A stretch of DNA of 62,226 nt, counting the filler, from Rhabdomonas costata (taxonomy: Eukaryota), in NCBI GenBank assembly GCA_019059605.1. It is 17 parts of 17 records of this genome, joined end to end, with 100 filler letters (N's around TTAATTAATTAA, not from the genome) between each part and the next. Parts side by side here need not be neighbours in the genome. Positions count along the whole stretch, not along the records: positions 25,636 to 29,198 come from JAHMHO010000725.1; positions 29,299 to 32,856 come from JAHMHO010000726.1; positions 32,957 to 36,515 come from JAHMHO010000727.1; positions 36,616 to 40,198 come from JAHMHO010000728.1; 13 more parts are not named here. One strand, written 5' to 3'. Within the stretch, counting starts at the first letter, position 1, and every line of letters starts with the position of its first letter. The position numbers were made by a program, and so were the translations under genes. Shown here in pieces: positions 26,805-38,886 of this stretch. The notes beneath the pieces were generated by a model, which searched no databases, was not told where the DNA came from, and worked only from the letters and a program-made list of their open reading frames with translations.

Positions 26805-29188
26805 ATGAGTACCTCCGCAATGCCTTTCTCCGGCCCCGAAGAACAGAATGCAGGCATGCTCTTGGATAGCATGTTTGACTGCCATAACTCTGAGATTTTG
26901 CACAAAACAGGCAGATCACCTCAAAGCCTCGGGATGAAACATAACCACTCAGTCTCTTCTGTGGTCAGATGTATGAAAGCAAAACTCCGTCCACCTCCAA
27001 AGGTTCTGCTGACCTCCGTTTCTGCCGTGCCTCGACCTCGACCTCGGCTTCGCTTTCTGCTTGCTCTGTATCCCTGTTCTAGTCACCGGATTGCACTTTG
27101 CGATAAATTTCAGGCAAAGACGACACGACTGGCGAGAGGCAGCGCTTTCTCCAAGAGTACCCAAATTACGACGCGGCCAAGATTGATGCCCTGCGAAAGA
27201 AGGAGTATGGGCGGCTGGACGAGCCGGATTACTCCACCGTGTACCTGGACTACACCGGGGGCAGCCTGTATGCGGAGCACGCTCAACTGGAGGCCTTCAC
27301 GGACCTCCTGAAGGCCTCCGTGCTGGGCAACCCGCACTCCATCAACCCCACCTCGCAGGCCTCGGACGCCCTGGTGGAGGCCGCGCGGGAGGCCGTGGCG
27401 GAGCACTTCCACGCCTCCGGGGAGTACGAGGTATGACAGACACCTGTGGGGTGTGGGGTTTAGCGTGTCTTGCCGAAAAAGGCTGCTGCCACTGCTCTTT
27501 CGCCGAAGACGTGGAAATGTTGAGTGTTTTCTTTATATCAGGTGACTTTCTCCTCGAGGTTGGCACGCACGTGAAAACGTGTGCTAGAGGTAAGACGCCA
27601 CTGTTTGTGGTGCCTCCGACAACGTGGAATGTCGACTGATTCTGGTCGCGTGTTACTCTTATTCAGGTGATTTTCACCTTGAATGCCTCGAATGCGGTGA
27701 AGACAGTGGGGCAGTGCTACCCTTTTGAGAATGGGCAGCTGCTGATGCTGACGGACAACCACAACCCCATCAATGGGCTGCGAGAGTACGCCAAGGCGGC
27801 GGGGGCGGCGGTGAGCTACGTCCCTGTTCGGAAGCCGGAGCTGCGTGCGTCGGAGCAGGACGTGCAGCGCCACCTGGGCACCCCGAGCACGGGAGGGCGA
27901 AGGCTCTTCGCGTACCCCGCCCAGTCCAACTTCTCCGGAGTGCAACATCCTTTGGGTATGGCTGTCACTTCAATGCTTCGCCGCTTTTTGACTTTTTTCT
28001 TTCGACAATCCCGTCGATGAACTTGCATTTGTGGTCATAGAGTGGATCGCGCAGGCGCACGCCCGTGGCTGGGACGTGCTTCTGGACGCCGCTGCGTTTG
28101 TGCCGACCAACGCGCTGGACCTTAGCCTGTGGAAGCCCGACTTCGTGGACGTCTCGTTCTACAAGATGTTTGGGCTTCCGACGGGGGTGGGGGCGCTTCT
28201 TGTGCGGAAGGAGAAGCTGTCTGTGCTGCGCCGGAAGGCCTTCTTCGGGGGCACCGTGGAGTACGTCGGCGTTGGGATGCAGACTTACATCCTGAAGAAG
28301 GGTCATGGCGGATTTGAGGACGGTACGGTGGACTACCTCAACATTCCTGCTGTGGAGATCGGCCTGCGGTTCTTGCGAGAGGTATTGCACTTCTATCGGG
28401 GGGGGGCTAGCTTATTTCTATGGTTTCAGTGGTTAATACGGACGGTTCTGCGCGGCACATACTCTATGGTGCCATATCGGACGTTGCCGCAGAACTCGGT
28501 GGAGCCCACTGCCTGAAGTGCGACCGGCCTTTATGGTACGCACTTTAGAGGAATGGTCGTGTGTGTTCGGCTCGACAAGGATAGTCCCGTTCTTCCAGCC
28601 GTCCGTGAGGGGTGGCGCTTGCTGTCCCTTCAAGTGGAAGTCTGTGAAGAATGGACGGTGAATTGACAGTTGGCAGCCAGCACTCCTCAAGGGTTCAAGT
28701 CACCATTGAGCTTCTTGCTCGATGGGGTTTGTGCAGAGGCACTTCGGTGGACCTGCCGCCATAGTCAGTCGTTATTCTGTGAGGTGGCAGCTACAATCTG
28801 GCCCTCCCACCAGTGTTTGTCGGAGGCTGAACGTCGTTGAGAAATTGTTGTCATCACCGGCTCGCGTCTCTGTCGATCCTATGGTGGGCACCATTTCAAT
28901 AGGGTTTGACCGCTTAATCTCCATCTAAACATTGCACAACTTTACAGCACCTGTTGAATCACATGTGGATAGTGCTCCATGCGCTCGCCGCTTCACATAA
29001 CCAGCGAGCGCTGCACAGCTTAGAATGACAAAGGGATTGTTTCACAAGTCCTTCGGTCTGCTCTTCTTTCTTTGCACTTGCCGCTTTCATTTGAATGTAT
29101 GGCAAAGCGCTGCCCTTCGGACCTTAGGTGGGCATCAACTCCATCCACGACCGAGTGCAGGCCCTGACGGGGTGGATGGAGTTGATGC
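26805..29188 (+). CDS. Molybdenum cofactor sulfurase-like PLP enzyme (class V aminotransferase), 3'-partial; exons 26805-26853, 27114-27430, 27667-27955, 28041-28381, 29128-contig end
   Basis: VYLDYTGGSLY, LGNPHS, VIFTLNAS, DNHN, YPAQSNFSG, VLLDAAAF, SFYKMFGLPTGVG (PLP Lys), FEDGT; phases consistent; first exon tentative (GC donor). Confidence 0.9.
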
Positions 29189-29463
29189 CCACCAACCCNN
29201 NNNNNNNNNNNNNNNNNNNNNNNNNNNNNNNNNNNNNNNNNNTTAATTAATTAANNNNNNNNNNNNNNNNNNNNNNNNNNNNNNNNNNNNNNNNNNNNTT
29301 TTGTGGGTCTCTTTGTGCTCTGGACGTTGGGGGTGGGGTAAACTGTTATCAGAGGTAGCAGTTACGTCTTCCCCTGTTGTTGCTCAGGCCTAGGTTCTTG
29401 ATATTTGTTTGCGAATGGGCGCGAAGTGATGTATTTGCTTTTTTTGGTTCCTGTGTATGACAG

Positions 29464-32400
29464 AATAGCCCTGCGGAGCGAGAGACCCTGTTTGCCAAGG
29501 CCTGTGACCTCGTGGAGCGCGATTTGCTTCCACTGGGAGTCACTGGAATTGAGGTTGGTTCCTGCTTCGGTTCCATCCTCATTCATTTGCTGCTACTGTG
29601 GGTTGGTGCATCTATGGCTCGAAACAAAGCACTTTGGGCCGCGGAGTGCGGAGTGCACTGGAGCGGTGACATCCTGGAAACATCTCACCAGGACATGTGC
29701 CTGCCGCTACCTGACTCCCCGAGACCAATGAGTTTACCTTGCATGCAACGCCAGCTAACCCCTTGCAAGCCTCTTTGCCGATTAGAAAGCACTCGATCCG
29801 GCCTTTGAGTGTGCTTCTGCTCATTTAGCTTCGTTTCATATGTTTCTGGTGTATCACAGGATAAACTACAAGGTGGGGTTCCCGAAGCTATTGCGCTCCT
29901 GCGGGGTTGTGGAATTCGGATCTGGCTGCTCACAGGGGACATGCAGGTGCCCCCCCCCCCATCTCGTTGTGCTTATTGTCAAAAGGAGTGTTGCTTTTGT
30001 GGGTAGCGTTCTAGACCCCTGTGGTGAACAGCGTGCGTGTCCGAACGCCTTGGTGTCTGATCTTTCAGCAAACGGCGGTGAACATCGCCTTCTCCTGTAA
30101 GCTGATCACTTCGGTACTGCTCTTCCCCCTCCCTTCCCTCACCTTCACCTTTCACTGCCTGCATTACGGCTCCAGGAGACTGCAGTGTTTGCTCTTTTCT
30201 GGGTCGTTGCCAGTCTTCCCATACCTTTTTTTTACGCTTGTTTTTATGTTAAATTACAAAACTCAAACGACACTATGGATGATCTTTGGGTGGGGGTGGT
30301 CGTGAAGGCTGACCCATGTAAATCTTTATCTTCAGTCAATGACGCAGCTGTTCATGGCGAGCACGTGTGAGGCGGCGGTGCTGGGAGAAATCGCCCAGAT
30401 CGGGCAGCTGGGGTGCGACCCGGCGAAGGTCGCCCTGATAACCACAGGTCATGTTGCTGCTGTTTTCTGTTTGCTGCCCATCGTCCGCCTGTCGCCTCAC
30501 CGTCACGTCATTGCTTTATCGTCTTTGCAAACATTCCCTGATTGCCTTTGGAGGGCATGCCTCTGCATTAGATTCATTCACAGGAAATTCTTATTGCAAA
30601 CCGCTGCCGAGGTTTCTTTGCCTCCCACTGAGATGCTCCAGGCTGATTTATTGGACTTTTTGTGCTCGGAGCCATACTACTAGTCCTATGTCTTGTCCTA
30701 GGTTTTGTGGCATAGATTCTCTGTACTGCCCCTGTTCATTTGCCCTGTGCATGCTTTGTGACCATTGTTTTGCCAACCTCTTAAAAGGGTACACGCTGGC
30801 GGTGGCTATGTCAGACTCTGTTCGCGAATCTTTCGCCGCGCTGGTGGTTCCCGTAGCCGTGGTGCTGTGCTGCCGGGTCAGCCCAGACCAGAAGGCCCAG
30901 GTGGTGCAGCTGATCCAAGGAAAGTCTTCGGTGGTCACCCTGGCCATCGGTATGTGATGGCCCTTGTTTGAAGCACCTCGATCTTTGCGCGTGTGCTCGT
31001 TTTCGACTGCTGGGACTTGTTGCCACAAAAACATGACAAACCAGCTTTTGCGGTTTCTCTGTTGCGAAAAAAGTTCGCTGGTGTGTTGCTTCCGTCCTTG
31101 AGTGTGCTTGATGATTTCTGTATTCCATGTCGGTATGACTTTGTGTCTGGGGTAACTTATGTAATTGGCTGGGTGGTCTTACGGCCTTCATGTGCTGCGG
31201 TCGTCACGCAAGTGCGGGGCTGTTGTTGGGGAGGCTGGGATTGGATTATTGTCGCAGTCTTGTTTGTGGTTCCTCTCATTTGAACCTCCCCCGTTTCTCT
31301 GGTAAGCGGTTTCGCCCCTTAGGCATCGTGCCTAGTCCTTGCCCTTCATTTTTTTTTGGCTTTTTGCAGAAAAGCAGCGGTGTGGTCCGTTGTTTGCTGA
31401 ATAGAGGGAGGGGGCACCATTTTGCACCCTTGAAAATGGAAATTCACTCTTTCGGGATTTTCGAGATGCAGCTGAATCATGGATGAGAACTGTCTCGTTC
31501 CGTTCAGGGGACGGCGCGAACGACGTCGCGATGCTGAAGGCTGCCCACGTCGGTGTGGGGATTTCAGGTAGGGAGGGGCACCAAGCGGTGATGGCCAGTG
31601 ACTTTGCAATCGCCCGGTTTCGGTTTCTGGCTCCACTGCTGATGGTGCATGGGCATTGGAGCTACCACAGGTGAGAGGCGTCGTCTTTATGTGCTAGCTT
31701 TTTGTGTCCGCCTGACACACTCAGAAGCACCCATCTCCTCCTGCATTGTCGCTGTCGTCGCTTTTTTGAAACACTCTTGAGATGTGACGTTTTCTTCACA
31801 TTTCTTCACATTTCTTCACATTTTGTGGGAAAGGCCAGGTATCCTGTGGTGTTTGGGCTTTGCTAATGGGCTGAAAGTGGTGGAAAGCAAAAAAAAACGT
31901 GTGCGGTTTCGGAATGCACCACTACCACCACCGCTGCCACTGCGCCACGACTACACTACTACTTCAACCACCACTACCACTCAGCAATGTTCATCTTACG
32001 TTTACATCCTCCAAGTTCCCTGCCGTGGAGCATGTAAAGAGTAAGAAAGGTGAGAGCCCTGCAAATGGTGGGGACGGGTGATCATCAGGTTGGCCCGCGT
32101 CGCCTTGTACACGATGTACAAGAACTTCCTGTTCGTGATGATTATCTTCATGTTCCAGTTTTTTGCGGGATTCTCTGACGAGACGACGATGGATGAAGTC
32201 GCACTGATGCTGTACAACATCATTTATACCACCCTTCCACCCCTGGTTATGGGAATACTCGACCAGGTAGGAGAGGAGGAGTGGGTTTTTCCTTTAGAAG
32301 CTTTTATTTTCTTCCGCGGCCCGGATGCCATCACGGGTCGGAGCAGCGTTGCCCGGAGGCCGGAGGGAAGCTCGGGGGGTGGAGGGATTAATTGGTGGCA

Positions 32401-32785
32401 GATGAGTCTCCGGATGACCAGCAACAAACAAACAGAAAAAATATTGCGCTGCAAATAGCTCGAAAACATCAGTCGCTGATCGGGGTCAGCTGATGTTCCC
32501 GACCGCTTGTGGCACGTTAAGTTATGGGGATGATGTGGGGGCGATCAGTTCTCTTTGTAGCATTGCTCCTTTGATGTGCGTTTATCTTCCAAGTTCTCTG
32601 CGAGGTGTAATATTTGAGTATGGCTGACATGACTTGCCACATTTCGTAATGCCTTGCTACGCCTCGTTTTCCTGTTTTCCTGCTCCACCATTTGGTTGAC
32701 CACACTCCCCAACACTTTGCAGGATGTGAGCCGAGAGCAGTTGAAGAGCATTCCCCGCTTGTACGCCTATGGGCGCTGCGACATG
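29464..32785 (+). CDS. P4-type ATPase (phospholipid flippase), internal fragment; exons 29464-29553, 29860-29946, 30069-30113, 30336-30447, 30788-30949, 31508-31670, 32089-32266, 32723-32785
   Basis: [89 protein letters not shown]; all GT-AG and phase-consistent. Confidence 0.95.
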
Positions 32786-33745
32786 GTTTGTGTGCGAGCA
32801 CGAATTGTTTTCCTTGTTTCCTTTCCACATTTCCATGTCCTTTTTGCCCCCCAAAANNNNNNNNNNNNNNNNNNNNNNNNNNNNNNNNNNNNNNNNNNNN
32901 TTAATTAATTAANNNNNNNNNNNNNNNNNNNNNNNNNNNNNNNNNNNNNNNNNNNNGGGGGGAGGTGTAATGTGAAATTCTTTGCCGATGGCGGGCGCCG
33001 GTTGTCAGCTTCTCTGGCGGGGCGCCGGTAGTTAACGGAGCTAGAAACCGCAGGAAGCACGATCGGCTACAAATATAACCGCGTTTCCATGCACGCATGA
33101 AGCGGCTGTGAGACTGAGGTGGGAGCACAGCTGCTGCTGTTCTTATGGAACTTTGAGTTGTTCTGGGACTCGTTGGGAAAACAAGGTCGAGGCACTTGAC
33201 GTTTACATGATGCTTGGTCCACCGTGAGTACCGAATAACAGGCGAAAGGTATTGTTACTCTTCATACCTACTAAATATTTTTCTCATTTGCGTGTGCCGT
33301 CAACTGCAGTGGTGCGTTTGAGTGGGGTAGTAAGTGTTGACGTCACATTTTCATTTTCCACCGTATATTATGTCGTCGTCTTACTACAGTTCAAGCCCCC
33401 ATCCGCACCCCGAAAAAACCCATTAGATATTGGTTTTGGTTGGAGGAAAGCAGTGAGCATCCTTCGCCTCCCAATTCATACAGGCATGACACAGTACGCT
33501 GACTGCTTGTCAGCAGTGCCGAGCAGGAGCAAAGCGTTCTGCTGAGCATGAATAGTCAAGAAATTGGAACCACTCTAGTGAGGTTTTGGCATGTGTCTAG
33601 CTCCCTCTCTCCCTCACTCTCTCCATCCTTCTCTCACCCTGCGTTCAGGATTCTCCTTTCCTTTGTGCTTTTTGGGTACCTCGACGTGTGTCTGTTTGCT
33701 CTCTTTCTTTCACCGATCCTTTCCTCTTCCAAACCAACCCCGAAA

Positions 33746-36267
33746 ATGGACCCCGAGTGCGCCCCAGCCCCGGCGGAGGTGAAGCAGAAGAAGAAGAAGT
33801 CCGAGGTGTATCCCTGAAATGTTTCGACATACTTCTTGTTGTAAGTTATGCACAGACAACGACGACCTTTAATCCCTAGACCAACGCTGCGCAGTGCAGC
33901 CGTTTAGTCTGCATCGTGGGTCGCATTGAGAAAGAGTAATATGTACTACCTTCTCAGTGAAAAGACAGAACGAACAACCTTTGCAACGCAGGTTTATGGG
34001 CGATAAAAATACTAGTGATTTAGCTTGTCGGTTGCGGTCTTGAGCACATGAAACAAACTTGAGAGTGATGATTGAAAGATGCACATGTGTTCCTTGCGGA
34101 CGGAAAAACGGCACTTGAGAAAGGCTCTTCCCTCGACACAGGACGACGACGTTCCCGCGGACAAACGCGTGCGGGTGGCGGTGCGAATCCGGCCCTTCAA
34201 CAAGGCCGACCACGGCGACACCGCTGTGTGCATCAACGTGGAGAACAACAAGATCACAGTGGCTAACGAGGAGCGCAGCAGCAACTTCACATACGACCAC
34301 GTCTTCCAGGGCACCCAGGCAGAGGTGTACGCCTCCGTTGGGGAGCAGATGTTGCAGGATGCCTTCTCGGGCTACAACACCACGATCTTTGCGTACGGGC
34401 AAACGGGCAGTGGCAAGGCAATACTTCAATCTCGTCCTCGTCTATGCCCTGTGCCCTAGTTTTTTTCCTTGTATGGTCCCTTTTTCTTTCGGTTTTTTCA
34501 CAGTTACAATTCTGTCTCTTTTCGCTGTTCTGGGGGTTCTACCAGGTGGGCCTATCTAGCCTCTTCAGCCGACCTCCGGAACCTCATCATTCATCGGGGG
34601 CCTCATCGGAAATGGGGTGGCAGGACCACTTATTTCGGCCCAAAACCTCGTCCTCTTCGCTGGGCGACAATCGCCATGGTCACTCCACCACACCGGGAGG
34701 GCCCTTTTTGGGCCTCTGCAGGCCTGCATACTGAGCCTAAGCTTTCGGCTGGGCCTGCTCAGCAGACTTAAGGGCTGAGCCCAGGAATACCTTATGCGCT
34801 AGAGGCCCTTTTGGGGTGTTTTGGGGCCCTTTCGCATTAACACAGGCTTGGAAGGACCTTTTGTTTTGTCAAGCAAGCGCTTGCTTTACATCGGGCTTGG
34901 GTTTTGACAATAGAAAGAAATGTAGGCTGGCACACCGTCCGCCCACCTGCACGCGGGTGTGCCAGCAACGATTTTTTAATTGTTTTGTATTGGTAGTCCC
35001 ATCCGCTCCCTGGGCTTTCTGTAGCATTCCTTGAGGATCACCCCCTCTCTCTTTCTTGCTTTCCCCACTTATCTATCCATTCGCGAATGTCCCGCGGCCA
35101 CATCCTGGCTTTGGTGACTGCTTCTCCCTTTTGGATTGCTTCGCCAGATCATTCGTGGCTTTTACGGTATGAAACCTTGCTTCATGTTTTCAGCGGATTT
35201 CTGATTGGAGCCACTTGGACTATTTGCCATCGAGTGCTGAGAACCTTGGGTTGATCAGTGGCGGTTGTTGTGAGAAGTGGTGCCAGGCTTGCTGCACACA
35301 ATTGGGAGGAAACCGGGAGGGTGGAAGCCTAAATAAACTCATTCTTCGATGTGGCCACTGGTTATTTTTCCGCAGACCTACAGTATGCTGGGGGTGCAGG
35401 ACGACCCCGATCACATGGGCTTGCTCCCCCGTATCTGTCAGGAGCTGTTTGAGCTCTCTCAGGAGCTCATGGTGATGAACCCACCCTCTATGAGCCTCCG
35501 TCCTTTTTTCTGCCCCTCTGAGGGCGCCCTTGATGAGATACCCCTTCAGTCCAACCCAGCTTTTGCAAAGTCAAGGTGGCGCAGCGAACCCTTCCATATA
35601 TAGTACCCAACCCAACCACCGTAAACTGAGACTTTTGTCAGAGCCGGTGAAAGCACACGTCGCGGTACATGATCAGGTCAGTCAGTATGTTGCCTGATGG
35701 ATGGGTTGAAGGTGCACGCCAAACATTGAAAACATCCTTCATTGTTGTTCTCCAACATTGTCACCGTCAGAAAAATTTTCTTTACGCCGAAATTTCGGAG
35801 AATTACTCCAAAAAATCCCCGCGCTTTCGGCGCGCAAAGCTCACTTCCATACCGTATTTCGCCCCCAAAGTCAAAAGAGGCGAAATACGGTATGGAAATG
35901 AGCTTTGCGTGCCAAGTCAAATCCGCAATAATAGGTTGCTCATCTCCACGTACATTTTGGAGCAAAGCGGCATAACGACTTCTTCAGGATGAATAATCTC
36001 TGGTTTCGGGTGGAGCTAGCCTTACAATTGTGATGCTGCTGTCTGTGGCAATCCCTGAGAAGCAGTTACCGTTATTCCTCTGGAACGTGTCCTGGTTATT
36101 TTATTGGCATTTGTGCAATTGCTCGCTGCGCCTTCCTTATCGATCGCGAGGTGGAGTCTTGGTTTGGGCACTGGGCTTAGTCCGAAGACCCCTCGCTGAT
36201 CATCAAGATCCAGGTCTCCTTTGTGGAGATTTACAACGAGAAGATCCGGGACTTGCTCGAGTTCGAG
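33746..36267 (+). CDS. Kinesin motor protein (kinesin-3-like), 3'-partial; exons 33746-33805, 34142-34417, 35376-35471, 36181-36267
   Basis: VRVAVRIRP, FTYDHVF, GYNTTIFAYGQTGSGK|TYSMLG (P-loop split by an intron), GLLPRICQELF, VSFVEIYNEKIRDLL. Confidence 0.95.
35829..35913. repeat. Intronic inverted repeat, 35-bp arms
   Basis: GGCGCGCAAAGCTCACTTCCATACCGTATTTCGCC...GGCGAAATACGGTATGGAAATGAGCTTTGCGTGCC, 2 mismatches, 15-nt loop. Confidence 0.85.
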
Positions 36268-37095
36268 GTGAGGGCATTTGCCTGTGCACGTTGAAATTCC
36301 CTCCCAAATCAACCATACTTCCGCACCATCGCGCTGTACCTTTTCATCGCTTCCCATCTCACCACATGTGACTAACACTGACGGATCGCCTTTCTTCATT
36401 CTGTATAGTGCCTTTTTCCGCCCTCTTTTTTCTCGGCCCCGTCACCTCGGCATCAGAGGGTAGGTCAACAGGTGCATCTCAGCTTCCAGAGTCCACCACC
36501 ACCCCTCTCAAGCGGNNNNNNNNNNNNNNNNNNNNNNNNNNNNNNNNNNNNNNNNNNNNTTAATTAATTAANNNNNNNNNNNNNNNNNNNNNNNNNNNNN
36601 NNNNNNNNNNNNNNNTGTGGGGTGGTGGTTAGGGTTCACTGGCGCCGGTCCATCGCGGAGCTGTTCTGTAGTTTTCGCCCCCATCTCCCAGTTTCGCCGC
36701 GGCTTTTTCTTTTTGCTTTTTTTTGTTTTTGTCGAACTTGGAGCAGCCTTCTTTCTTGAGGATCTTAAGCGGCAGCTGTTATCTGCCCGTCCCTTTACCT
36801 TTTCGAAACGATGAGAAGCGAAGAACTATGCTCTCGCTACTCCTTCTTTTTCGCACTTCATTTCGGGTGCCCGTTTCGAAAGTCACGTCCCGAAATAACT
36901 CAGCACCTGAACAGGCAAACACCTTCGGTTCATTGGCTTGACTCCAAGCCGCCATTTTTGCCTATGGCATGTTACCTTTGGATCTCTTGGGGATGTATCA
37001 CCCTGCCTTCCTTGTTCAGGTGTTCAGCAAGGGTCAGGGGCTCCAAAATTGTGCTTCTTCAAATGTGAACGCTCAGCTTAACCTCTAGTTGTTGT

Positions 37096-38886
37096 ATGTG
37101 GTCTCTACCGATCTCCTTCGGCGATTCTCCTTCTCCTTTCCTTTCTGTTGTCAACAGTCTTCTTTCGCGCGAAAGAGAGATGATGTCGTGTTTTCCCCTT
37201 TCCGAGGACACATTGGTTTGCACGTTTCGGTTTCTAGGATTAAATTCGCATCTCAGCGTGCGGCTGGTTTGCAAGCCGTTTCAAAAGCTGATTGATCAGA
37301 ATCTTGCCCCGGAGTGGGCGGTTGTGCTCCGCATCCCAAAGACCCTAAAGGACCTCAGGAATGGGCAAAGTGTTGCTCCTGGCGTGCGTGTGGCTTGCTC
37401 CGCAGCCGTGATTTCAGTGAAAAGCAAGAAGCTGTTGGAACGCTTGCTTGGCGTCGGAACGGAAATGGCTGCGTGTTCCACCTCCTTATTCCCCAACCTT
37501 AATTCCTTGAACGTGAGCAGCACTGAAATCAGCGATCGGGAAATGGAAGCGTTTACAACCTCCTCTTTCTTCCCAAAGCTGACCTCCTTGAACTTGAGCA
37601 ACAATCAGATCGAGGCTGCAGGAATGCTAGCATTTGCCGTCTCCGCATCATTTCCCAATCTGGTCTCCTTGAACGTGAGCCACAATCTGATTAGCGATGC
37701 GGGAATGCAAGCTTTTGCAGCCTCCACTTTCTTCCCAAAGCTTACCTTCTTGAACGTGAGCTACGATCACATCGGCGAAGCGGGAATGCAAGCGTTTGCG
37801 GCCTCCTCGTTCTTCCCCAGCCTTACCTCATTGGCCTTGAGCTACAATTGGATCAGTGATGCGGGAATGCAAGTACTTGCAGCTTGCTCTTTCTTCCCCA
37901 ACCTCACCTTCCTGGATGCGAGCTGCAATCAGACCGGCGATGTGGGAATGCAAGCCCTAGCATCCTCCGCTTTCTTCTCCAACCTTACATCATTGGATGT
38001 GAGCCATAATCGGATCAATGATGCGGGAATTCAAGCGCTTGCAGCTTCCCCTTTCTTCCCCAAGCTTACCTTGTTGAACGTGAGCTTTAATCGGATCGAG
38101 GACGCGGGAATGCAAGCACTTGCATCTTCCGCTTTCTTCTCCAACCTTACCTCAGTGGAGGTGACGCGCAATCAAATTGGCGATGCGGGAATTCAAGCCC
38201 TTGCGGCGTCCTCTTTGTTTTCCAACCTCACGTCCTTGGCTGTGACCTTTTATCATATCGATGATGCGGGAACGCGCGCTCTTTTCACTTCCCCTTTCTT
38301 TCCAGAGCTTACCTCTTTGAATGTCCAAAGCAGTCAGATCGGCGATGCGGGAATGCAGGCACTTGCAGCTTCCCGTTTCTTCCCCAAGCTTACCTCCTTG
38401 ACTTTTGATTATGATCACTTCAGCTGTGCAGGAATGGAAGCACTTGCAGCTTCCCCTTTCTTTGAAAAGCTTACCCGTTTGGATGTGAGGCACAGTCGCA
38501 TCGAAGATGCGGGAATGCAAGCACTGTCAGCTTCCCATTTCTTCCCCAACCTTACCTCCTTGGATGCGAGCTACAATTGGATCGGCGACGCGGGAGTGCA
38601 ATCACTTGCAGCTTCCCATTTCTTCCCCAGCCTTTCCACCTTGTCTTTGAGCTTTAATGACATCAGTGATGCGGGGATGCAATCGCTTGCAGCCTCGACT
38701 TTCTTTCCCAACCTTCCCTCCTTGGATGTAAGCTTTAATCGGATCGGGGATGCGGGAATGGAATCACTTGCAGCATCGTCTTTTTTCCCCAAGCTTACCT
38801 CTCTGAATGTGGAGGAGAATCGGGTCGGCAGTGCGGGAATGCAAGCAGTTGCAGATTCTCCTTTCCTGCCCAAGCTTGCCTTCTGA
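37096..38886 (+). CDS. Intronless F-box + 17 x 27-aa leucine-rich-repeat protein (start probably the ATGATG at ~37180)
   Basis: F-box-like FPLSEDTLVCTFRFLGLNSHLSVRLVCKPFQKLID, then 17 tandem FFPxLTSLxVSxNxIxDAGMQALAAS units of 81 nt in a 596-codon ORF. Confidence 0.9.
   Translation: MWSLPISFGDSPSPFLSVVNSLLSREREMMSCFPLSEDTLVCTFRFLGLNSHLSVRLVCKPFQKLIDQNLAPEWAVVLRIPKTLKDLRNGQSVAPGVRVACSAAVISVKSKKLLERLLGVGTEMAACSTSLFPNLNSLNVSSTEISDREMEAFTTSSFFPKLTSLNLSNNQIEAAGMLAFAVSASFPNLVSLNVSHNLISDAGMQAFAASTFFPKLTFLNVSYDHIGEAGMQAFAASSFFPSLTSLALSYNWISDAGMQVLAACSFFPNLTFLDASCNQTGDVGMQALASSAFFSNLTSLDVSHNRINDAGIQALAASPFFPKLTLLNVSFNRIEDAGMQALASSAFFSNLTSVEVTRNQIGDAGIQALAASSLFSNLTSLAVTFYHIDDAGTRALFTSPFFPELTSLNVQSSQIGDAGMQALAASRFFPKLTSLTFDYDHFSCAGMEALAASPFFEKLTRLDVRHSRIEDAGMQALSASHFFPNLTSLDASYNWIGDAGVQSLAASHFFPSLSTLSLSFNDISDAGMQSLAASTFFPNLPSLDVSFNRIGDAGMESLAASSFFPKLTSLNVEENRVGSAGMQAVADSPFLPKLAF

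Noticed and set aside
37490-38880. CRISPR-like or DGR-like array in the 81-nt repeats
   Set aside because: The units are in-frame LRR codons. There is no cas gene and no TR/VR pair with adenine-specific differences, and the RT elsewhere is LINE-type.
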